Source: Candidatus Scalindua sp.
Lineage (GTDB): Bacteria; Planctomycetota; Brocadiia; Brocadiales; Scalinduaceae
Direction: 5' to 3'
Assembly: GCA_031316235.1 (NCBI GenBank)
Contig: JALDRA010000001.1
Span: forward strand, 240,001-272,000
Length of the DNA stretch: 32,000 nucleotides
The notes under the pieces are model-generated. The model made no database searches. It had not been told where the DNA came from and saw only the letters and a program-made list of their open reading frames with translations. Positions 7,727 to 15,694 of the stretch are shown piece after piece (position 1 is the stretch's first letter; the number at the start of each line of letters is the position of its first letter). The translations under genes were made by a program, and so were the position numbers.

Positions 7727-9160
7727 TTACAAATAACATTTTAAAATGTCTCTCTGCTCTTTACCCATTTCTCTAAATTTAAACCCATATATGTACGAGC
7801 CATTATCCCTGTGCATCCACACAACTTCTGCAATCGTACTCAATCCTTTGACATTATTATTTTCAGGTAAGACTAAATTTATTTTGTGTTCACAGTTTGT
7901 CAAATATTCATCTGTCTTGGCCGCAAAACCATTAAAACTGATATTCATCAATTCGCTGGTATTGAACAGTTCCCTCTTATCAGTTTCTATCATGCATAAA
8001 ATCTTCGAACATCGGGTGTTACGCAAATAAATTCTTTTATTACTTATTTTAACCATCTTGTGCATGGGCTCCATGGGCGCTGTTTCAGTCTGCACATGAT
8101 GCCAACCTTTTTTACCCCTAACCTTAAATCTCAGTAACTTTTTTATACAAAGCGAAAAGGTAAAATGTACGATAAAAAATGCTAAAAAGATTGAAAACAG
8201 ATAATATTCGGGTATTCTGTAAATAGTACCTGCAATCCCCAGGGCCGAAAATATTGTTGTTGTTAAGGCAATAATCAAAACAACATATTTTTTCTTGAAG
8301 CCTAATCTTAATAAAATATGGTGGATATGCGACTTGTCAGCAGAGAAAGGATTTTTGCCGTTAATTATTCTCCTGAGAGAAACACTGGTAAGATCAGCTA
8401 TAGGAAAAGCGAGTATTAATAGAGGGACAAATGGCGGAACAACACTATTTTGTTTTTGACTTATAGCAATAGATAAAAAAGCCATAGAAAAGCCTAGCAA
8501 AAAGCTACCGGCATCGCCTAAGAATAATATTGATGGATTCCAGTTATATCTGAGAAAGGCAATAACACAACCGCTCAGTGCAATACTTAATAACAGATAC
8601 AAAGGCTGGTTGTTTATGTACGCAAGTATACCAAAAGATATAAAGGCAATAGTAGAAACTGTACCCACAAGCCCATCTACACCGTCAATCATATTGGTTG
8701 CGTTAATAACGCCTACAATATAAAGAATAGTCACCGGGACAGCGAAAATACCAAGATTAACTGGACCAAAAGAGAGAATATTACCAAAAGACAGCAGTAC
8801 AATTTTTCCAGAATGAATTACGATAATAGCCGTGATTATTTGCGCCAGTAATTTCCATTTGGGAGTTAGCTTTTTATAATCATCACAAAAACCTGTTAAG
8901 AGAACGATAAACATACCCACATAAAATGAGAAAATTTGTTTCGTTTCAATATACAAGAAACAACTGACAGAAAGGGATATCGCAATTGCAATGCCTCCAA
9001 TTAACGGCCTTCCAACTTTGTGAACTTTACGTTTGTTTGAATAATCCAATAAACCTATTTTATTAGCATACAAACACATTCTCGGAATTAAGATATACGT
9101 AATTACGAGAGACAACACAAAGATTTGGCAGCCACATATAACTGAAAATTGAATACCCAT
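7727..9160 (-). CDS. Polyprenyl-phosphate sugar-1-phosphate transferase (WecA/MraY, glycosyltransferase family 4) fused to a C-terminal PilZ domain
   Basis: 477 aa.
- Multi-TM N-terminal body with KIGLLDYSNKRKVH..PLIGG, NATNMIDGVDGL and GDAGS motifs.
- C-terminal ~106 aa (nt 7730-8047) carries the PilZ motifs RIYLR (RxxxR) and NISFNG ((D/N)xSxxG). Confidence 0.85.
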   Translation of the reverse strand: MGIQFSVICGCQIFVLSLVITYILIPRMCLYANKIGLLDYSNKRKVHKVGRPLIGGIAIAISLSVSCFLYIETKQIFSFYVGMFIVLLTGFCDDYKKLTPKWKLLAQIITAIIVIHSGKIVLLSFGNILSFGPVNLGIFAVPVTILYIVGVINATNMIDGVDGLVGTVSTIAFISFGILAYINNQPLYLLLSIALSGCVIAFLRYNWNPSILFLGDAGSFLLGFSMAFLSIAISQKQNSVVPPFVPLLILAFPIADLTSVSLRRIINGKNPFSADKSHIHHILLRLGFKKKYVVLIIALTTTIFSALGIAGTIYRIPEYYLFSIFLAFFIVHFTFSLCIKKLLRFKVRGKKGWHHVQTETAPMEPMHKMVKISNKRIYLRNTRCSKILCMIETDKRELFNTSELMNISFNGFAAKTDEYLTNCEHKINLVLPENNNVKGLSTIAEVVWMHRDNGSYIYGFKFREMGKEQRDILKCYL

Positions 9161-9472
9161 TATTTTTTTAAAGCTTATTTTAGAAAGTGACTATAGAGCA
9201 GAGCGTAAAGAACATGGCGCAAACATGCGCAACTCTTTCAAAATGACTACCTCTCCCCCACCAGAATGACTATCAACCGGCCTGTGCCGGTTTACAGGTA
9301 CTTTGTACCCGGACAACGTCATTCAGTCAAACGGACCGAGGCTTGAGATTGGATCGTAGACTGTAGTCAGGCCGGGCCCGTCCGAGAACGGATTCATACC
9401 GACGGGTAACTACATCCCTGTAATTGATCAGGGCTAACGCACAGAAAACATGATTTTGAAATTCCTCTGCAT

Positions 9473-10219
9473 TTAAACATTCCTATGCTTGCACACATAC
9501 TCACTGATCATCTCAATATGGGTTTGTTGCATATTCTTAAAACGTACACCTGCGTATTGCCCACTGTTCACACTAACCTCCCAAACACATTCTCCACTTG
9601 CCTCAATGAGCCTTGCCCCTGCGTTTAAGCTGAAATTAATATTACAGAGTTCCTTGCCAACCATTGCAGGCCCAGTAACACTCTCTTCTTTCTTGTTAAT
9701 ATTGGGATTAATTTGATCAATCAAGATTCCCCCTACACTAAGGTTCACAATAACTGCCCTATAAGTAATCTTACCTTTACCAGAGACGTGGCCTTTAAAC
9801 TCTGTTTTTAGAGACGTGTCAACCCTTCCAAAGCATCTCCTTTTAACGTCGGTCTTGAAAGGATTCATTTCTTCAAGAATTTCCTTTTCAAACAGCAATA
9901 CAGCCTCATTAGGCTCCCGGCAATTGTATAACTTAATAATGTCCTCTTTTCCTGATATCTTGAGTAGGTTTTGTATTTCTAACCCTACATTGAATAATTT
10001 AATACACATACCACGGTTTATAAAATGTTCCAAAACATTGAGACCCAACCCATCAGCTTTTTTCGTATGTTTCAGGTTTATTATTTTTATAAATCTGCCC
10101 TCATCCAGTGATGAATACAAAAACTCTTCAAGTTGAATGGCACCTCTGCCCGTTAATTCACCATTTATCTCAAGAATCTCTATCTCTGGGTTGCTATGGA
10201 AATAAGTTGAAATCTTCAC
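9473..10219 (-). CDS. STAS (anti-sigma-factor-antagonist-like) + PilZ two-domain protein
   Basis: 248 aa with a GTG start.
- aa 1-105 are STAS-like (EILEINGELTG...IINLKHTKKADGLGLNVLEHFI...CIKLFNV..EIQNLLKISG).
- aa ~122-240 are PilZ, with RCFGR (RxxxR) and NLSVGG ((D/N)xSxxG). Confidence 0.75.
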   Translation of the reverse strand: MKISTYFHSNPEIEILEINGELTGRGAIQLEEFLYSSLDEGRFIKIINLKHTKKADGLGLNVLEHFINRGMCIKLFNVGLEIQNLLKISGKEDIIKLYNCREPNEAVLLFEKEILEEMNPFKTDVKRRCFGRVDTSLKTEFKGHVSGKGKITYRAVIVNLSVGGILIDQINPNINKKEESVTGPAMVGKELCNINFSLNAGARLIEASGECVWEVSVNSGQYAGVRFKNMQQTHIEMISEYVCKHRNV

Positions 10220-10474
10220 TATTTTTTTGTTTTTGGTTTTATTTAGTCACTCTTCAGCAATAGCCTAATCACAAAAAGCATACCAATGGATAAAAATTAA
10301 TGAGATACTTCGTAAGTCTCTATTCATAAACGCACGAGAGTGCAAAAAGTCTGGCAAGAAGTTTTCACAAATAGAGATCAAGACGTTCGGTTTCGAACTC
10401 TTCTCCTTTAATTTCGCTTCAACATATTGACTAACCTCTTGTAATGCTTTCAGATAGCAAGCCGTTTAGGAACG

Positions 10475-10508
10475 CACACTAACCGTACGTATTCGTACGG
10501 TTAGTGTG
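10475..10508. other. Perfect 15-bp stem / 4-nt loop hairpin
   Basis: cacactaaccgtacg-tatt-cgtacggttagtgtg. No flanking T/A run on either strand, so it is not a canonical terminator. Confidence 0.9.
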
Positions 10509-11023
10509 GCAAGCTATGACTGGAGGTATTGACTCTTTAGTCCTCTGCCTGTTTAAGATTGTTTCAACGCTTCAACGTTATGCGGCTATTCAATGTTAAA
10601 GGATTAAATGCCTGGCGTGTCTTAACCGTTCACGGGTCCACCGAAAAATTTCGGAATTCAGATTGCGGATTGCAGAATAAAAGAGAGGAAATAATAGTTC
10701 ACCGCAAAGATACTAAAAAAGCCAAGGAAAGGGAAAGTATAAAAAAATGAAGTGAATTGTTAATATCCTTTGAAACTTAGCGGGCTTTACGCCCGTGGCA
10801 GATTCCAACAATATGAAAGTTTTTGAAATCCGAATTCTACATTCCGAAATTCGAAGTATCAGGGTAAGTGTAAACCGTGAACTGGCAGCAATGAACATTC
10901 ACGAATCATATGAGAAGCATTAATGAATATGGTCAGGAAGGAAGAGATTTCTTGTTTACAACCTTAGGCGGTGTAATTTCTTAGTGCAACCTGCACGTTT
11001 CTTTTGCTTGCAGGAAACGCTAC

Positions 11024-12568
11024 TTACGAAATTGCTTTTTTATAGATATTGTATTTTTCAATCCTACGGTTCAAGCTTGCACGGCTGATTCCCAATTCTC
11101 TAGCAGCTCTGGTTTTGTTCCATTTCTCCTTTTGAAGCATAAACCCAGTCATTTCCTTATCAGCAGTACTTATAACATCTTGGAGTTTTTTACTCTCGTT
11201 ATCGCCGCTTATAGATGGTTCCTTAAAAACCGCTTTTGTCGCTTCCAAGTAAAGGTGTTCGGGTTCGAGAGTCGGACTCCTTCTTGACATGGTAACCAGG
11301 CTTTCTACCGTATTTTTAAGTTCCCGAACATTACCCGGCCAATCATGTTCATTAATTATTTTGATCAGGTCCGGACTCAGCCTTTTCCCCCCAATATTTT
11401 TTTTATCCGTATAATATTCTAAAAAACTAAAGAAAAGAGGCTCGATATCTTCTCTCCTCCTTCTTAGCGGAGGCAATACAATTCGAAGAGTGTTAATTCG
11501 AAAGAGGAGATCTCTCCGGAATAATCCCGCTTCTACCATCTCTGATAAATCCTTATTAGTTGCAGTGATAACCCTTACATCTACCTCCCTTTCCTTAACA
11601 CCTCCTACCCTGTAAAAAGTTCCGTTTTCAAGCACTCTCAATAGCTTACCTTGTACATCGATACTTAAATCCCCTATTTCATCGAGGAACAAGGTACCAC
11701 CATCAGCCATTTCAAACAGCCCTTTTTTCTCCGTCACAGCACCGGTAAAAGCACCTTTTTCGTGTCCAAATAACTCTGAACTCAAGATCGTATCACTGAA
11801 CGAAGAGCAATTCTGTATAACAAATGCCTTATCTTTGCGAATACTGTTATAATGTACAGCAGTCGCTATGAGCTCTTTGCCTGTTCCAGTTTCTCCTAAA
11901 ATCAAAACCGGACTTTCGGAGTACTCAATCAGATCCAATTTATCAAAGATCTTTTCCATCGACATGCTTATACCAATTATGCCTTTATATTTTCCGTTAC
12001 GCCTCCTATCAATAAGGAGTGTCTGTTTCTTTATTATATTATCCTCATTAAACAAAGTTTCACAAAAAGATGAGACATCTTTTGCAACCATTTTCATAAG
12101 ACGAAGTACATACTCTTCCGTGTGACTATCAGATATCCGTATTTTATCATATCGATTCAGTACCTCAGTTTTAGAAAGACCAAGACTTGTCATTCTTCTT
12201 ATACTTTCTTCTCTTTGATCATTTGTTAATTGAAGTTGCATCCCGGAACACACCAAATAACCAAAACAATTACCCATTACAATTAATGGAACAGAAAAAA
12301 TCTTCATGTTTTCGCAATGTTTGCACACAAAGGTTTTTTGAGACCCATTTGATGCCTTGAGATTATGTGTTCGAAATACAATACACCCTTCTGCTGCTTT
12401 TTTATTTGAATGGATTAAGGAACAGAGAGGATTTTGTATTTGGGAATCATTAAATTGGCAGTTGCCAAATTCAACGTAAAAATGGGTATCAAGCCCCCAC
12501 CAATCACGGGCAATATTTCTAAATATCTTTACAACATGAGAATTAATTACCTTATTCCATTTTTCCAT
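11024..12568 (-). CDS. Sigma-54-dependent transcriptional activator (bEBP) with PocR-like Cys-rich N-terminal sensor and Fis-type HTH
   Basis: 514 aa.
- AAA+ core: GETGTGKE, the GAFTGA loop in [40 protein letters not shown].
- C-terminal HTH: [21 protein letters not shown].
- N-terminal ~170 aa (NPLCSLIHS...EGCIVFR...[30 protein letters not shown]) resemble PocR sensory domains. No receiver domain. Confidence 0.9.
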   Translation of the reverse strand: MEKWNKVINSHVVKIFRNIARDWWGLDTHFYVEFGNCQFNDSQIQNPLCSLIHSNKKAAEGCIVFRTHNLKASNGSQKTFVCKHCENMKIFSVPLIVMGNCFGYLVCSGMQLQLTNDQREESIRRMTSLGLSKTEVLNRYDKIRISDSHTEEYVLRLMKMVAKDVSSFCETLFNEDNIIKKQTLLIDRRRNGKYKGIIGISMSMEKIFDKLDLIEYSESPVLILGETGTGKELIATAVHYNSIRKDKAFVIQNCSSFSDTILSSELFGHEKGAFTGAVTEKKGLFEMADGGTLFLDEIGDLSIDVQGKLLRVLENGTFYRVGGVKEREVDVRVITATNKDLSEMVEAGLFRRDLLFRINTLRIVLPPLRRRREDIEPLFFSFLEYYTDKKNIGGKRLSPDLIKIINEHDWPGNVRELKNTVESLVTMSRRSPTLEPEHLYLEATKAVFKEPSISGDNESKKLQDVISTADKEMTGFMLQKEKWNKTRAARELGISRASLNRRIEKYNIYKKAIS

Positions 12569-12598
12569 GGTCTTATTACACCATCAAGTTAAAAACAG

Positions 12599-12710
12599 TA
12601 TACTCATCTCGTAATGGTTTCCGGATAAAATCAGAGATAAAATTGAGCGAGTATACCTTCACCAAGATTTGATTTCCGGTAAAACCGAAAACCAAATCGG
12701 TTTTAGTATA
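12599..12710. repeat. Modular intergenic repeat, copy 2; begins 30 nt upstream of the bEBP start codon
   Basis: tatactcatctcgtaatggtttccggataaaatcagagataaaattgagcgagtataccttcaccaagatttgatttccggtaaaaccgaaaaccaaatcggttttagtata. Confidence 0.85.
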
Positions 12711-12810
12711 AAAGGAATACAAACTGCGGTTTTAGCTCCCTGTAATAATCTGTATGTACCAGCATCGCCAATAATTTTAAGAAGCTTGTCGCTCTATGAA
12801 GACTTTAGGT

Positions 12811-13247
12811 CAGAACTTTAGGTCAGAAAATCCGATGATCGTAATCGGTGCCTCCATTGGCCCGAGAAAAGGTGGATTTGCACTATTTACAGCCACGTGC
12901 TCCAACGGTATGAGCATTTCACCTGACCTCTCCTCTAATAATGATACAGCACGTAATGCATTACCGGTTGTTGATTTGAAAGCTGCCAGCGATCTTAAAC
13001 CTTCTCATTTTTTCACGTCAACAATATAGGCAGGAGCTTCTCGTACTCCTAATTTGTTTGATTCTTCAATACTGTTTCCAATTAAGGTTTTATATCTCCC
13101 TCTATCTTTAGAGGAGGCAAACTGATCAAGATCAAGACCTAATTGACTTACATATTCAGTGAGACGAGATACAACTATTCGACCATCGAAGGCTTTTTGT
13201 AGAGAACGAAAAAGTGCAGAGAAAAGATAGTACGAAGAATACTGCAA
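12811..13247 (-). pseudogene. DsbA/thioredoxin-fold gene remnants (C-terminal-like half followed in frame, after a stop, by an N-terminal-like piece)
   Basis: ORF 13005..13247 ends ...LTEYVSQLGLDLDQFASS...IEESNKLGVREAPAYIVDVKK*, which is DsbA C-terminal-like. My translation downstream is ...NPPFLGPMEAPITIIGFSDLKF*, which resembles the region preceding a CxxC but with the CxxC missing. A perfect 13-bp x2 tandem (actttaggtcaga, 12802-12827) sits at the break. Confidence 0.3.
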
Positions 13248-13315
13248 AAAAGGTTTTTTGCACTACTGCTTCCCATACGATGTCCAAGAATAACAATTAA
13301 GCATGAGATAATACC

Positions 13316-13365
13316 AGCTTGTCATAGCTTGTCATAGCTTGTCATAGCTTGTCATAGCTTGTCAT
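13316..13365. repeat. Perfect tandem repeat, 5 x 10 bp (agcttgtcat)
   Basis: Read directly from the sequence: five identical contiguous decamers, intergenic. Confidence 0.97.
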
Positions 13366-13559
13366 ACTAGAAAAAAATATCTGCTCTGTCAACAAAAAAT
13401 CAACATTGCTTACAAAGTTATTCAGCTATACTTTTCACAGTCTGAACAGATTGTATTTTGTGCCAAAAATGTTTTTTGCTCAAGGGAAAGCCAGAGTAGG
13501 TATCCGGGCGGGCTGACAAAACAATAACAACATGTTAGGAACTTTGGCGATGTAAGCTT

Positions 13560-13967
13560 CTATAGAGTCTCAATTTTCAGACCGGGTATCTTTTTAAAAT
13601 TATCGGCGTTGCCGGTCAGCACAGCAAAACTATGGGTTATCGCCATCGCTGCAATTTGTAGATCATGGACGTTGCCAAGAGACTTGCTCCGTGGCTTCAG
13701 AAAATAGGCATATAGCACGGCATAAGTTCTGGCTACCACTTCTGAAAAGTTGAGAACAGGCACCTTGGCGACAATACCCTCGACAAAGGAGGAGCGTTGT
13801 ATCCGTACATCAGGGGACTTGGCTACATGGACACCAGCAAGTAATTCTGAAAGAGTGATAGCTGAAATATAAGCTTCACCATAATGGGAAAAAGCTGCCA
13901 GATCATTCAGATCTAACCGATCATTTTCCGCGTCAATGAAGATATCCGCATCAACAATTAATCCCAT
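13560..13967 (-). CDS. vapC: PIN-domain toxin (VapC family)
   Basis: 135 aa. The N-terminus LIVDADIFIDAEN carries the PIN acidic residue. It overlaps the upstream antitoxin gene by 10 nt. Confidence 0.85.
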   Translation of the reverse strand: MGLIVDADIFIDAENDRLDLNDLAAFSHYGEAYISAITLSELLAGVHVAKSPDVRIQRSSFVEGIVAKVPVLNFSEVVARTYAVLYAYFLKPRSKSLGNVHDLQIAAMAITHSFAVLTGNADNFKKIPGLKIETL

Positions 13968-14239
13968 GGATTCTCCGGAAGTGTAGCAATTTTTCGAATG
14001 GCTTTCAGATCTTCGGCCATTGCTGTCCCCTCTTCCTCCAACCTTGGCAACGATCTGAGTAAATCGGCCAGCTTAGTAACAGGGTATCCCGCCTTGGGGG
14101 AAGGTCTTAACTCAGCCACGGTTTGGGAACCCTTGGTAATATACAAGCTACGTCCCGACATCCGCACTTTGTCAATCACAACCGATAGATTTCTTACCAT
14201 GTCGGTCGCAGTGATAGTTTCGTACACCTTGTTTTGCAT
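13958..14239 (-). CDS. Phd/YefM-type antitoxin
   Basis: 93 aa. ITATDMVRNLSVVIDKVRMSGRSLYITKGSQTVAELRP is a typical Phd/YefM N-terminal fold pattern. SD GAGGTGG lies 7 nt before the ATG. Confidence 0.8.
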   Translation of the reverse strand: MQNKVYETITATDMVRNLSVVIDKVRMSGRSLYITKGSQTVAELRPSPKAGYPVTKLADLLRSLPRLEEEGTAMAEDLKAIRKIATLPENPWD

Positions 14240-14271
14240 ATTGATCCACCTCAGGAATAAATTACCAGCGT

Positions 14272-14285
14272 CTTTCTTGAGAAAG
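14272..14285. promoter_or_regulatory. Candidate operator palindrome upstream of the Phd/VapC operon
   Basis: CTTTCT-tg-AGAAAG, 33-46 nt upstream of the antitoxin start. Confidence 0.3.
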
Positions 14286-14598
14286 GCACGTTAAGTTACA
14301 ATACCGCATTTTACCTATTTTATGTATATTATGTGATATATAAATATGCAGTAAAGGGGTCTCCCTCGCATTTACGCATATCCAATCGGTTAAAAGATAT
14401 GAGTGATTATACCTATATCGTTAATCTTGCACTTGCTTTTAAATATTTTTTTGTTCATAATACTTTCCTCACTTATTGGGTGATAGTTTGTGTTTTCTGG
14501 AAATGTATTATAACATATTGCTGGCGCCTTCCCTTTTAAGTGGGTTTTGAGGTTTTCAAGCAAATATAAATCACTCAACTTAGGTTATAATATCTCTC

Positions 14599-15159
14599 AT
14601 GAATTCAAAATACGCTGATAATAAGAGCGGGGAGACAGAGAAGGCCACCTTTGCGGGTGGATGTTTCTGGTGTATGCAGCATCCTTTTGATGAATTAGAG
14701 GGTGTTGTTTCAACTGCGGTAGGCTATACCGGAGGCCTAAAGGAGGAACCTACTTACGAAGAGGTTTGCGGAGGGGAGACAGGGCACACCGAGGCAATTG
14801 AGATTTTATATACCCCTTCACATATTTCCTACTCAAAATTATTAGATGTATTCTGGAGAAACATTGATCCCACAACACGTAACAGACAATTTGCAGATGA
14901 GGGAACACAGTACAGAACTGCCATTTTCTATCATAACGAAGAACAGAAACGATTAGCTGAAGCTTCAAAAAGTGCAATGGAAAAGTCAGGCAGGTATGAA
15001 AAATCAATCGTTACCGAAATAACAGCTGCAACACCATTTTATAAGGCCGAAGAGTACCACCAGAAATACTACGAAAAATGTCCCCTCAGATACAAGTCAT
15101 ACAAGACCGGTTCGGGTAGAGAACACTATCTGGAGGAGACTTGGAAAACCGACCCATAA
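14599..15159 (+). CDS. msrA: Peptide-methionine (S)-S-oxide reductase
   Basis: Active-site motif GGCFWC, plus GYTGG...PTYEEVC.G.TGH.E and YHQKY. Confidence 0.95.
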   Translation: MNSKYADNKSGETEKATFAGGCFWCMQHPFDELEGVVSTAVGYTGGLKEEPTYEEVCGGETGHTEAIEILYTPSHISYSKLLDVFWRNIDPTTRNRQFADEGTQYRTAIFYHNEEQKRLAEASKSAMEKSGRYEKSIVTEITAATPFYKAEEYHQKYYEKCPLRYKSYKTGSGREHYLEETWKTDP

Positions 15160-15175
15160 TAGTAAATAACGACAC

Positions 15176-15694
15176 ATGAATAAGCCACTTGACAAACGCC
15201 CTTCATGGGACGACTACTTTATGGAGGTCGCACATGCAATTTCAAAAAGAGCCACGTGTGACCGTGGGAAAAGCGGATGTGTGATTGCAAGAGACAGACA
15301 GCTTATCGTATCAGGATACGTAGGCTCTCCAACAGGCTTCCCGCATTGTGATGAAGTCGGACATCAGATTAAGAAGATAACACACGAGAATGGAGAAGTA
15401 ACCGAACATTGCATGCGCACGGTTCACGCCGAACAAAATGCTATCTGCCAGGCAGCGAAGATCGGTGTTTCAATCTCAGGTGCCACCATCTACACCAGGA
15501 TGACTCCATGCAGGACATGTGCAATGCTTATCATAAACTGCGGCATCAAGAGAGTGGTCTGCGAACGGAAATATCATGAGGGGGATGCTTCTGAAAAGAT
15601 GTTCCGGGAGGTTGGAATAGAGATCGTTTATAAGTACCATGAGCATCAACAGTATACCATAAATAACAATGAGATTAAAAATTTCAGCACTTAG
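15176..15694 (+). CDS. dCMP deaminase (ComEB/cytidine-deoxycytidylate deaminase family)
   Basis: Zinc motifs HAEQNAI and PCRTCAMLI (HAE...PCxxC), the N-terminal WDDYFM motif, and a size of 172 aa. Confidence 0.9.
   Translation: MNKPLDKRPSWDDYFMEVAHAISKRATCDRGKSGCVIARDRQLIVSGYVGSPTGFPHCDEVGHQIKKITHENGEVTEHCMRTVHAEQNAICQAAKIGVSISGATIYTRMTPCRTCAMLIINCGIKRVVCERKYHEGDASEKMFREVGIEIVYKYHEHQQYTINNNEIKNFST

Noticed and set aside
9241-9440. c-di-GMP riboswitch (GEMM) upstream of the transferase-PilZ gene
   Set aside because: On the gene strand I could not find the conserved GEMM-I features (ACGCACAGGGCAAACC-like P1 with GNRA tetraloop/receptor). Part of the segment recurs elsewhere (17788-17824), which points to a repeat rather than a riboswitch.
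10380-10400. tRNA T-arm-like GTTCGAAAC on the minus strand
   Set aside because: The flanking bases do not form the 5-bp T stem, and no acceptor or anticodon arms can be drawn.
13455-13470. Perfect sigma-54 -24 box (TTGGCAC on the minus strand)
   Set aside because: No TTGC -12 element lies at the required spacing (ACAAT instead), and it faces only a decayed DsbA-like remnant.
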